Shown here one piece after another: positions 1 through 12,500 of a stretch of DNA of 64,000 nt. The DNA comes from Stylophora pistillata (Eukaryota): the NCBI RefSeq assembly GCF_002571385.2, contig NW_019217785.1, forward strand, positions 682,121 to 746,120, given 5' to 3'. The notes under the pieces are model-generated. The model was given only the letters and a program-made list of their open reading frames with translations. It was not told the DNA's origin and searched no databases. Position 1 is the first letter of the stretch; every line of letters begins with the position of its first letter. The position numbers and the translations under genes are program-made.

Positions 1-227
1 AGAGTCTAAGAGGCCAGTAATCTGAAACTTTGTAAGAATCTACATATTAAGGTTATAATTCAAAAGAAATCTTTAAGACCTGGTTTTCAAACAAGCAAAA
101 ATATACATAACCATCATAGAAAATGGAGTCTTTTGTCACAAAGTGTTTTTTTTTTTTTTACAGTTTTTCTCTTTTATTGTTTCTACTTTATTTTAAATTT
201 ATTTGATTAATTTTTTTTTTGTTACAG

Positions 228-3200
228 CTTCGTTATTTGGAGCTATTAAAGCTCCGCTTTGGTGAATCACACTTGCACTTCTGTGAGATTATGTTGAAAG
301 ATGTGGCAGACTCAAGAAGAATTAATTCTCATATTCAGGCATCAGCCGAAAATATTGATAATAAAAAGGTATTTTGGGAATAACCTACTTATAACTCGTA
401 ACCCCCAAGATCTCATTTTAAATTCTCCCCCCCCCCTCTTCAGTTCCTCAGATTTCTTTGTAAATTAGTTCAGAGAATTTGGTGTAAGATAAAGATAACA
501 ACATCTTGATAATTTTGGTATCTTTATTACTTGTCTGCGTGTATGGATGTTAATCATTAATGGGGAGAATTGACAAGTTCATCACTTCAAGGGTTTAAGG
601 GTTAGAAGATAAATCCATGTTGCTGAGGGCTTTTTAGTAATAGATGACAGATTATGTCAAAATGTGGTAAGGTAAAAGACATGGCCTCTGAGGCTAAGCT
701 GAGTGTGTCACTGATGCTATTACCTCTTTGTGATAACTTCTGTGGTTTTAATGCACAGACCTACTGACACTGTAAATAAGAACTAATCAACATGGGTAGA
801 TAATTCAGCTTGTTACATATTAATGAGATTTGTTTGGTCCAAGTTCTGAGCTGACACACAGGAGTGATTATTATGTCATATTTCATCTAACAATTTTAAT
901 ATTTTAGACTCGCAACTACCTGGGAAATAATATTGAAAATCTTTCAGTTATCAAATTGGGGATGTTTCTGTGATATTAAGCCAAATTATCTGCACTAGCC
1001 AATAGACAGAGATTCACTCATAAGTTGCGTGAATTTGTACTCAGGTCAAGGGAGTGACAGGGTTAATAGGTGTTTGGTCAATGTTTTAGGCAAATACCAT
1101 TCCCTTAACATCCATGGTTTTATCTGCTGTATTTTGGCCTGCATTTCGGGAAGAGAAACTCAAAGTTCCTGAGGAAGTGCAAAGGTATTCTTAAAAAAAT
1201 TATCTCAGAGTCCTCAATTTGTAGATATTAGTGTTGATTATTAATAACTAATTAAGTTATTACGTTCCTTTATCATTTAAGTACACAACTTGTGCATTGT
1301 TGATTATGTAAACTGTCATAAATCTGTTAGATAAGGCAATATTGTGCACCCTATACAAAGGATCATCTGTGTTACATTCATCATTCCAAGATATCTGCAA
1401 TTGTCTTAAAGACGAAGGCACGCTATATAAGGAAGTCTTCCCTGGGAAGACCTAGGCTCATTTGTCACTCACCGTTGACGTGTGCGGGTCAAATTTAAAT
1501 GCTGGTAGACAAACAAAAGGAGGTAATGAGATATCTATTGTTTACTTCCACAAGCATGGTGGCATGAGGTAACGTGCGAACCACCTACTTCGATCTCAAA
1601 TTTACCGCCACAAATAAAGACAGTTTCCATTGGAGAAAGGCAATACAAATCTCAAAAATTCTTGTATTGTGATGAAGACATAAAACAATTTTGAGGAATG
1701 CGCCCGCTGTTCACTGCTTTGGAGAAGCTGTAGCTCAAGCTGACTTGACTATAAGAGTTCTACATCACACGACGATTGATTGACAAATGGTCCAGTGGAA
1801 CCTAAGGCTCCTTTATAGCGCGCCTTCATGTTTAAGTGTCCTTAGTAGTGCATCAGGAAGATGGTCAATAGATTATGAGAGGCTTCAAATTCACTGATTG
1901 CAAGTTTGACGAGGGTAATTAGAGGAAACAGAAACAATCAAAGTTCCTTGTTGCTCAGTGGCAGAACATCCTACTTGTAAAATATGAAATGAACAGTGAA
2001 ACTTTGGGAAAATTGATTGTATACTGTTTCTTACATCTCATGAAAAGTACCTTTTTCATATCAGTGCCATGGATGAGTTTACTCGTGGATTTGAGGCCCT
2101 GAAAGGCATGCGAACATTAAGATGGAAACCTCATTTGGGTCTAGTTGAGGTTGAAGTTGAACTGGCTGATCGCACTCTGTCTTTGTCTGTCACACCAACT
2201 CAGGCCACTGCAATTATGCATTTTCAAGAAAAAGGTGTGTCTTAGGAAACTTATGTAGCTGAGCAGAGCTAAGCTATTGACAGAAAAATATTGGACCAAG
2301 TAACTAAAGCTTTTTTTCCAAGAAGCAAATGTCATCATGAACAGGTTACACTTAAAAAATTTCTTTGGTAGAAAACCAACATCAAGTGAGGATGATAGCA
2401 GGACTCCATTCATAAAAGTACTTGTCTTAAGGACAGATGTAAATAATCATCTCACCTGAATTTTTTTATTAAGTCGTTTCTTCAACCACCACTTATCTTT
2501 GTTGAGTTACTAGTATCTTTGACTTGCGTAAAGAGTATTTTACCCCTCAGTTTATTATTTCACCTAAATTTTAAGATGCAGAACTAATGAAGCTGGGCTT
2601 GTCCAAAGCTTCTACTGGAAGGGTACAAAAAAGTTGTGGTGAGATCATAATTTATCATCCCTCCAATAAGAAACATAAATGAATAATTAGATAAATAAAG
2701 TTCCTTCCTTACAGTCGTTCAGCCATGTCAAATATCAGCTGGTAAAGGTCACAATAAAGTGCTGCTTTAACATGTTGACTCTTGCAGAACGCTGGACTGT
2801 GGAAGAGCTTAGTGGCATAATGCATGTTCCTCCTGGTCTCCTGAGAAGGCGTTTAGGATTTTGGGTCAGTCAGGGTGTTCTGAAAGAGGAGTCTACAGAC
2901 ACGTTTATAGTTATGGAAAAGCAAAAAGGACAACAACGAGCTACAGGTTAAGTTGATCACTTGCACTAACACTGATATTAAAAGCAAAAGAACTAGCTAG
3001 TCTAATAGTAATATTTCAATAATTAGGTGGCACCTCATGCACATTTTTCTAACCAAAAGAAAAGAAACAGGTTACCAGTAATGAGTGACCATTGAAGCTT
3101 TTGTATTTGCCTGTTAAGGTATACTTGTTACATGTACATTTCGATGTTGCTTGCAAATAACGACATTACCACTATCATAATGACTTCAAGTGCTTTATTC

Positions 3201-4103
3201 AGATTGTTTGAAAATTTGATTCACCTTTGAGAATGGCCAGTAGACTAATGTAATTTTAGAGGGGCTGTGAGAACTTCAAACTTTGTCATATGTGATGTGT
3301 TTTGTACAAAATAATTTAATTAGAATGTTGTGGCAGCTTGAGATTTTCATTGTGATTTACATTGTTCTCAAGTTTCCAGCTGTTCACCTTTGTATTCTGT
3401 CAGGTTAAAATTTTTTTACCACCTTGTGGATGTGACACAGCTAAATTCTACTTTATTCATTTACTGTATCTAAAAGAGATTTTGGAATGGAAAAAATACA
3501 AGTTCTAAGTTGCAAAAACTTTTACTTGTGTCTGCAGAAGTTGTCATGGATGCAGAAATAGAATCCGTGATGGCTTCTTCACAAGATCAAAGAGAGGAGG
3601 AATTGCAGGTATTAAATCAGTGCAAACATTTGTCAGTTGTTAAAAAAAAAAAAGAAAATGAAAAACTAACGCTTTTTCATGGTTTAATTGTACCTGCTTG
3701 TCGATCACCAAATATTTACACAATTCAAAACCAAGATCAGCAGGAGGAAAACCAGCTCACTATTTTACAAGCTTGGTTTAGGGGTTGAACTTTGGTTGCC
3801 ACAGAAACAAATCCAGCCCTGCCTCCACATAAGTTGTTTTTTTAATTTAAATTTCAACTTTGTTGAGGTTTTTTTTTTTTTTACCTTAAGGTATTTTGGT
3901 CTTACATTGTTGGTATGCTGACCAATCTGGAAAGTCTGCCATTGGACAGAATACATTCCATGTTGCGGATGTTTGCAATGCAAGGACCCTCATCTAGCCA
4001 GTGCAGTGTGGATGACTTGAGGAGGTTCCTAGATCGCAAAGTTAAAGACCAAGAGCTGCAGTTTGTGAATGGATTTTACAGGTTACCCAAGTCAGGCAGA
4101 TAA
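228..4103 (+). CDS. ANAPC2: Anaphase-promoting complex subunit 2, 3' part (cullin domain + C-terminal winged helix); 5' exons lie upstream of the window
   Basis: GT-AG exons 228-368, 1090-1184, 2065-2234, 2788-2946, 3538-3608, 3891-4103 splice in frame: LRYLELLKLRFGESHLHFCEIMLKDVADSRRIN...LSAVFWP...LKGMRTLRWKPHLGLVEVEVEL...VFWSYIVGMLTNLESLPLDRIHSMLRMF...FYRLPKSGR*. These are characteristic APC2 motifs. Confidence 0.96.
1406..1835. mobile_element. Non-autonomous DNA transposon (MITE) with TTAA flanks
   Basis: Imperfect ~25-bp TIRs (TTAAAGACGAAGGCACGCTATATAAGGA / TCCTTTATAGCGCGCCTTCATGTTTAA). Confidence 0.6.
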
Positions 4104-6540
4104 CAGCGAATGTCATGACAAACAAAGAAAGGAATTGGTAACCTTTGGTATACCAGCGATCACAATATAGCTGAGGAGTCAAAGCTAAATAAAAATGGTA
4201 CAACATCACCATTCATGCTCTAATATTTTAGCAGTTGGCACAATTCCCTGTTGGGATGCTTGGTGTGAAAGGTTTCCATCAAAAAACTTACAGTTGTGTC
4301 CATCATGAATGCATTTAGCTTGCATGAAGGAAGTGCTACGGAAGGGAAAATTCACAAATTCCAATAAACTTTTATGACTTTACAAGCACAGATCAGGGCA
4401 CTGCCAAGGAAATCCTCACTCATACTCTTTCTGCTGAAGAAATAAGGATCCAAAATGTGCCTGGATACCTTCCAGCACTTTTCAGTATCATGCTCAGGTT
4501 CAAAAAATGCTTTACTTGTGATGGTTTTCTCTAAACTAAAAGTTAAGAATTTTGAAAGAGTACTCAGAATAAAGAAGCAACCGAAAGAAATGAAAGAATT
4601 GTCTAAAGTTCAACAAAAAGACTACTCTTTCTTAAAACAGTTAACTATTATTTTATTAGTCATTGTATAGTTACATCACTCAAAATTACATTTTAATGGA
4701 ACTTAAAAAGGTTGAACTCATACAATCACACAGTTCCAAGAGTGAAATCTTCATCCCATTCTATTTACACCACCTTTCTATAGCACAAACTTTCTCTTTA
4801 CTTTCTACATCACACACATTATTGCTTCTGTTAAAAAATTATTCAAAACTTACTATGGAGAATCTCTCTTCTTTGTTTCTTTCCATTCTACAACCCTTCA
4901 AATTCTAATTAAATGTCAACCCCTTGAAGTGACTAACATGTAACTCTCAGTAATATCCATACATTATCCAGCAAACAGGTCAGGAGAATACTCAAATTAA
5001 CTTATCAGCAAGAAGTTTTCATCCTGATCTAACACCAAATTCTTGTAACCAATTTACAAGGAAATGTGCAGCTGCTAAAGAAGAGAGTTGACAATTAGAT
5101 CTTTGGAGTTGGCTTAAGAATTACTTCTTTTCATGTTTGTTTTAATGTCGTACTCCATGAGAACCCAAGTACCAAAAAGTACCCAAGTTGAGTATTTACT
5201 AACCGATTGATGAAATATGAAAAATTGTGTCTGTTCTTGGAAACATATGCCACAAAATACAATTTCAAAATGTCTAGGTGAGAAGTACTCAATTAAAAAA
5301 TTCAGAACTTATTTAAAAAGGTTGCCGTCAAAAAAACTTCCACTTCTCAATGCGATTTTTTTGTGAAAAGCTAAGTAATTCTACTGGCTGAATTTTGTAA
5401 ACCTACTGTTGTAATAATTCTTCCTACATTTCATGTAAAAATGCACGAGTGTTTTTGAGTCAGAGATGCACAGTCATATTAAAAATAAAATTCTTCAATT
5501 AACAACCGCTCCATGGTGGATGGGTCTACTCAATTCAAAAAGCTACATATCTGATATGGTTCTTCCAGGGACTGGCATTCATTAATTTTTGTAGTCGTAA
5601 AAATTTACAGTAATAACATTGTACTTTCCAATAAATTATTGTCACTCTTTGCTAAAACTATGTATTAATGCAAATTGGGTATCATTCTGCTGTACATAAA
5701 TTTTTGAAGGTCAATTTTTTTCTGCCCTTCAAGATTTCTCCCAAATCCCCAAAAACAAAATCTGCAAAAATGTCACTAAATTCAGAAAAAATTCTCCTGT
5801 GAGTCAAGTGTTATTCTTTCTATTCCAACAAACTTAAAAAATATTCATGTATGAATCATCTACAACCTTGCCCTTCAGTGTTGAACCTTTTAAATTTCTT
5901 TCCATAACAATGTTGCCAGTAACAAATTTCAATCATCTGGACTGCAAAACAAAACTCCTAATAATTTTCACACCGGATGGCACAAGCACGTGGGATTAAC
6001 TTGCTGAAAGTATGTACAGCTATTGGTATTACACATAACAACTTACAATGCCATTGAATTATTTTTGCAGTTTGCTTTGCAGTAATAATTATGTTTGGTC
6101 ATTGCAATAATTTGTCTAATAATCACCCCCAGAAATTCTTCTGACTTGTCTTTGAAATTGCAATCCCCACAGGACTCATTCACTAATCTAATTCATGCAT
6201 GTTGTACAGAAAATAATCTTATCCTAACTGGAATGATTTGCTACAAGTACTTGTAGTAAACTTTATCTTTACAACCCTTAACTTTTAAAAAGATTTTTAG
6301 TTGATCAAGCTCTCTATTTGATTTGACTTATCAAAATTAACTCTAAAGCCCACAAAGCTTTCTTTAAAAATAATTCAACAGAGGACTTCATGGCTGAGCA
6401 CAATTATGTCTGACTGTGCTAAGGGTGTGCACCTTTAACATTGCCATAAACTACTTGAAGTGTTATCTAAACTTTCCTTCAATTAAAGAAATTAGCCTGA
6501 CATTCACTCACATCCTGAGAAAATACTGAGAATGTATGGG

Positions 6541-9500
6541 TTAAAACAACAAAGCACTTGCATAATCAGTAGAATCTGTGAAGCCTTGTCCTTCATCAGC
6601 ATATTTTATCTCTGAATGACCCTCACTAGCTGTGATATCACTTTTATCAGCCTGTTGTGGAGTTGTCACTTGGTCTTGAAAATGACCTCTCATTTGCCCT
6701 ATTTGCTTTTCCATATTGACCAGGGCAGGAGGTTGATAATTTTGCAAGGTTTTTAACTCCCCAAAGCCATTTCTTTGGTAATCGTCATAAACAGCTACAG
6801 CAGTTTCTTCTGAAGGATAGTCATGTATGGTGTGTGTGCTCTTGAAAGAAACTCTCACTTTGTTCACCTGAAAATTTAAGTAATATTGTTTCTATTAACA
6901 TCTATGTATATGTGCACGATCCTTCGCAGTAAAGCACTATTTGAGCAATAGTGAAAATCAGACCTGAAAAAAATTTCAGGCCTGTACGGGATTCGAACCA
7001 CTGACCTCTGCGATACTAGTGCAGCGCTCTACCAATTGAGCTAACAAGCCAACTGGGAGCAGGCCATCAAATTAATTCGACATAAACCCGTAGATGATAA
7101 ATCAAACAACAACAAACATATGAAACATATGTATGAACTGCAGTTCATACATATGGTTCATACATAATTAATTTGATGGCCTGCTCCCAGTTGGCTTGTT
7201 AGCTCAATTGGTAGAGCGCTGCACTAGTATCGCAGAGGTCAGTGGTTCGAATCCCGTACAGGCCTGAAATTTTTTTCAGGTCTGATTTTCACTATTGCTC
7301 AAATAGTGCTTTACTGCGAAGGATCGTGCACATATATGTTTCATAACCGCAGTTCATACATATGTTTCATATGTTTGTTGTTGATTAACATCTATGCTAC
7401 ATGTGTGACCTACCATTGTCAAAAAAAATTTTGTAGCTTAATTAAGTTACAAATACATGAAAATGTGTGAGTGCTTCTTATCGGTAATCCCAACTCATAA
7501 TTCATAGTCTACAATCAATGTCAACTTTTTGAAAGTGTAGTGTGGTCGCCTGGGTGAGTGTAGTCCTGAGAAGGACTGTTGTTGGTGGTGGTGACTGACG
7601 TTTCAACAACCTGGGCAGAAGTCTTGACTCCAATGATGACTTCCGCCCAGGTTGTTGAAACGTCAGTCACCACCACCAACAACAGTCCTCCTCCAGACTA
7701 CACTCACCCAAACGATCACACTACACTTGCACGTGTTACCCCCGGGTTCAAACCATTTACTGCAGAATGTAAACTTTGTACAAGGTTTTGGATTAATCAA
7801 TTTGCTTTCAACTGCTGAGGATGCTGAAATTTTCACTTGTATACTTTGCAATTGACAGTCGCAACATCTGATCAGAAAACTAAAGACGCCATTTTCTTAA
7901 GTGTATATTTCAAACATACATGTACACTGCGCCTTGACAGTTAATAATGATTATGACTTATCAATTCAAGTTCTTAGGAAAGAGAAATGAAATGTTTTTT
8001 AATAACATGGTAGTTAAAACAGATATAACAAAAAATTGAAAAAGAATTTCCCTTTACTGAGAATCACTGGTAATAGTGAAATCAACATCAAATTCTGAGT
8101 AAAAGTTATTATAATAGTTAGGTCATCCCAACATGTACTGAATTTCAAGTGACAAGCTGTCTTATTAGTAATTATCTGTGTTTGACATTGTAAAAAAAAG
8201 AAGCCAACATTTGTATTTCAATATCACTGACTTTTTTCTTCTCTTGGTAAAGTAATGCAGGAGGGCCATGTTTGATATTTGCAGAATATTTGATGTAAAA
8301 TGCAGTTCTTGAAGATTTAACCACATTATGAATGGTGAGCAACAAAAGGAAGATTATTTTTAAAAGTTGGTTGGTTCAAGTTTCCATAATCTGAAATCAT
8401 GAGTGAGCATCCCTTTGAGGTCTCATAAAAAGGAAAAAAAAAAAACACAAAAGCAAAATGATCAAACTTAACACATGAATTCCATTCATTCATCAATGAA
8501 TATTAATGAAATACAAAAATTTGCCGCAAAATTAATTATAGTGAAAAAAGCCACAAAATTTTTGACAGACAGTGGATGCTTCTTTGTTAAAATGTTTTTC
8601 TAACTTATTAATAATTAGCATGAACTGAAAAAAGTATTGAGAATCCTTTTCAAAGTAAAAAATTCTCCCTAACTTGAAAGTTGAATGAAGATCCTGCCAA
8701 GAACATGTAAAAAATATGAATTATTTACATCACTTTAAATATTCATTACTGACAAAACAAGGCAGTGATATTCAAAATGATTTCCTCTTGCATGATTTAA
8801 TTATTTTTTCTCAATGTCAAATACATTTCATTACTAATTAAAACTTTTAAATTGCCACTTGAAATTTTAAATAAACTGGGATGAACTACAGAAATGGATA
8901 TTAAATTGTCTTCTGTCAACAGATCTCAGTCTGGCAACAACAGTCTTGATTTTTTCTCACATCATTAATATAACTTGGATTGGTTTCTACCAAGGAGAAA
9001 ATTAATAAGTTCTTTTCTTAGTTTTGTTGGCATAACCATGAAAAGCTTTTCTTACACAATGAACATTTTAAGTTAGACAAACACAAACACCAAAAAATGA
9101 AGAATACACCAAGGAAGAATTACAAACTTTAAGGTTAAAAAAGGCAAATATCGACACAGTGATACAAACGATGAACTTTGTATGTTGAAAATGAATTTTT
9201 CAAAGTAAAAAAAACCCTGATGTAACTCACATAATCCTTCAGCTCTCATGATTGATTAAGACAGAATTTCTCCTTACAATATCAAGCAAACAAGTGGTGA
9301 GGAGAAAGAGAAATATCAGTTTGGGGTTAGTACATGTAGTTGACCCAATATCAATTTCACTGAACTAAAATCAAAAGAATTATTTAGGAGACAGAAAGGA
9401 GAAGTACTACCAAGATCTTGGGAGTGAAAGGGTATATAAAATGGACCGAGTCTTACCCTCCTTCTCTCTGTCTTTGGACTTAAACAGGACTTTAACTGAA

Positions 9501-12500
9501 CAGGCTCTGAATCAAAGACCACTTGGGGTACTGAATACTGTGGAGCAGCTCCAATATAAGATATAGGTACATCTTCTTCAGTCTCGTCTTCCTCCTCTTC
9601 TTCTTCCTCTTCATCCTCAGAAATGTCACCATTAACTAAGTGTGTCACTTCACCTGTGGCAAAATCATAGCTTCCTTCCACATCATCTGTATCACTACCA
9701 TCAGAAAGCTCATCTGTTTCCAAGTACCCACCCTGGAAGGTATTTGTCTGTTCATTAATAATAGGTGAAGGCACATCAATCACTGAAACACTAACATCAT
9801 TGCCAGTGTGTTCCACCTTTCCTTGGAAACCATTCATAAAAGAAACATTTTGGGCACTATGGACATCAGGAGAAGGGGGGACATCAATCACAGATACAGT
9901 AACATCACTATCCTGGGGCAACTCTGGAATGTCAATGGCAGATACTGGCACCTCATCAATTGATGTTATTGGAACTGACTCACTCATGCTCCTTTCCACT
10001 TCTGAACTCTGTGAATTTCCATTCCAGTCCTGGGTCTCAACAGCTGGAGCACAAGTTTCAACTCTTTTTTCCTCTGTTTTTGAATGGTTCACTTTCCTGG
10101 CAGACATCTCCTTTTGCTCTGGTGCAGAAATCTGAACACTTGGCTTTGGTTTCTGGTAAACACCCATTGGAGGTGTGTTGTCATGGCTTGCATTGCTTAT
10201 TATCACAACATTGCCCACCAACCGCTGCTCCATCTTTCCAGTCTTGCCTACTGGTCGCAAACCATGAGAAGAAAGGGATACTGTTTCACAATTATCATTT
10301 GGAGGACTACTACTATTCTTCTGATATTTGTCCATAACCTCTTTCGTTTTAAGGCTTGCTGTGCTCTCTTTTTCCTTGCTATTCTTTTTCATCCAAGGGA
10401 AAATGGACTGCTGTTTCTCCTTCTGCCCTGACTTCACCTCTGTCTTGTTAGATCTGTTAAAGAGATTGGATTTCTTGCTATCAACTTTGTTCTCTGATGA
10501 GCTTTTCTTGCTTGATTTCACTGGAGCATGGGACCTGTCCTGATTGTTAACTTTGTTCTTGGATTTTTCTTCATTTGCACTCTTGTCTTTCTTATTTGGT
10601 CTCCAAACACTGGAACCAAATAATGCTGACAGTTTGTGAACAGAACCTTTGGCTGGCTTGACCTGCTCAAAAGCTTCAGTAGGCTCAGGGTCTATGGGAG
10701 TAACTGGCTTGGTCTCAACTACAGGCAAAGTCTCCATTTTCAGCATTACTGGAATTGGTTCTTTGACACTGTCCTCCATTTGGACAACAGAAACTTTTGA
10801 AACACATCCTAGGGTCTTGTCCCCTTCTGAATCATCTACATCTGACTGTTGAGATAATTGCTGATGAAGAAGTTCTGTCACCCTGTGTTCAATGTCACTT
10901 GAAACACTGCGCTTTCGGGCAAATACTGGTTTCATGTCTTGGTCTTGTGAATGTGTAACTGCTGGCAAAAACACATCATTTTCTTTTGGTGTAGATACGT
11001 GATCAGTGGAAGTGATTTCATTCTCAAATGTGCCATGTAAATATGCCTCACTTATAGGGTCATCTTCACTTGTTGAGTCTGATTCTTCATCATCAACAAG
11101 CAACAGGTCTGACACAGATGCTCTTCTTATCAGCTTGTTAACACGGTGTTCAATCCCATGAGCAACATTTGATTTATGCTGAAAGCAGTCATTACTTGCG
11201 TCTTCTCTAACATCAATAAGTGATGATGATTTGCCTCTTTCAAGACTGCTGCTTGGTGAAGACTTCTTGCCAGTGTCACTTCTGGGAGAAAAATTTGTGG
11301 CTCCATCATCAGTCCATGGTGACACCACACTCATGACATCTGCTGTCCACCTCTTTGTAGGACCAGGGGGTCTCTTTGGCAGACTGTTAGCCGATGAAAG
11401 GGTTGATTTAGTGTCACTACAAGGAGACAAACTTGACACACCATCATCATCATCATCAACTGGTTTTGACATCAAACTTAAGACATCTGCTGACCATCTC
11501 TTTATGGGAGGCGCAGGTCTCTTTAATTCTGCAGACCTACGTATAACACATTCCTGTTCATTCAATGGTGCAGACTGATTGCCTCTCAGAAAAAGATTTT
11601 CTTCAGATGGGGTCCGTTTTCGAAAACCACCCACTGCACCAAACTTACTTCGCAATGACTCAATAGAGCTTGCATTGAAAATGTCATCTGCTTTGAGAGT
11701 TTCAGATTCATGTGGAAGTTGAGAAACATTGTTTATAGTGGCATTAACAAATTTTATATCTATATTATTGGAAGGAATTGATTCTTGTTGACTTTTTCCT
11801 TCAATCAGAATGTACTTTTGATTCTCTAGATTTTTGTCAGACTTAAAGGATTCCACTTCCCCTTTCGAGTCTGCATCCTTGACAAGTAAGTATTTCTGTA
11901 AACTTTGCTTCTGTGGTACAATTGTTTTCTCAGCACATGTTTGTACAGCTTTTTCTCTCTGCGAGTCCATACAAGGTATGACCAGATCACTGTGATCATT
12001 AAACTTGGTTCTCTGTGCCTGCTTATCAACACTGTCAAAAGCATGCTCTCCTTTAGAATCTAGAACCACATCTTTCTTGTGATCTGAGTTGTCAAAATTC
12101 TTTGAAGCACTGTGTACGTCAAAAGCATGCTCTCCTTTAGAATCTAGAACCACATCTTTCTTGTGATCTGAGTTGACATTAGCTACCAGTAAGTCTTCCT
12201 TACCGGCCAGGAAAGCAGAATTTGTCGATGCACCATGTTTCAACCAAGGAGAAGTAGCGACGAAATTTTTGTATGGTTTAGGGGCGACAAACGGTATTGC
12301 AGAAGTTGGTTTTCGTCCAATCGAGTCTACGGGCAAACTCGATGAATTCTCTGTGTCGGAGATTGATTGTGCATTGTCTACGGCACTTGTGGTCAAAATT
12401 TGCAATTGCAAGGAAAGTTGATGTGATTCGCCATTAGCAGCACCTAATGCACTTTCTACAGTCCTCTTGTCGCTTAGTACACGGGCTCTACTTTCAGTGT

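Noticed and set aside
6979-7264. Two functional tRNA-Thr(AGT) genes
   Set aside because: T-stem and anticodon-stem mismatches, location inside a TSD-flanked insertion, and a third diverged copy with the same non-tRNA flanks indicate a repeat element.
9316-9456. Last 46 codons of the 1292-aa ORF as the true C-terminus
   Set aside because: A good donor at 9457/9456 splices in frame to the exon carrying RVSF and the family-type ALLF end, so the extension is intron read-through (at most a retained-intron isoform).
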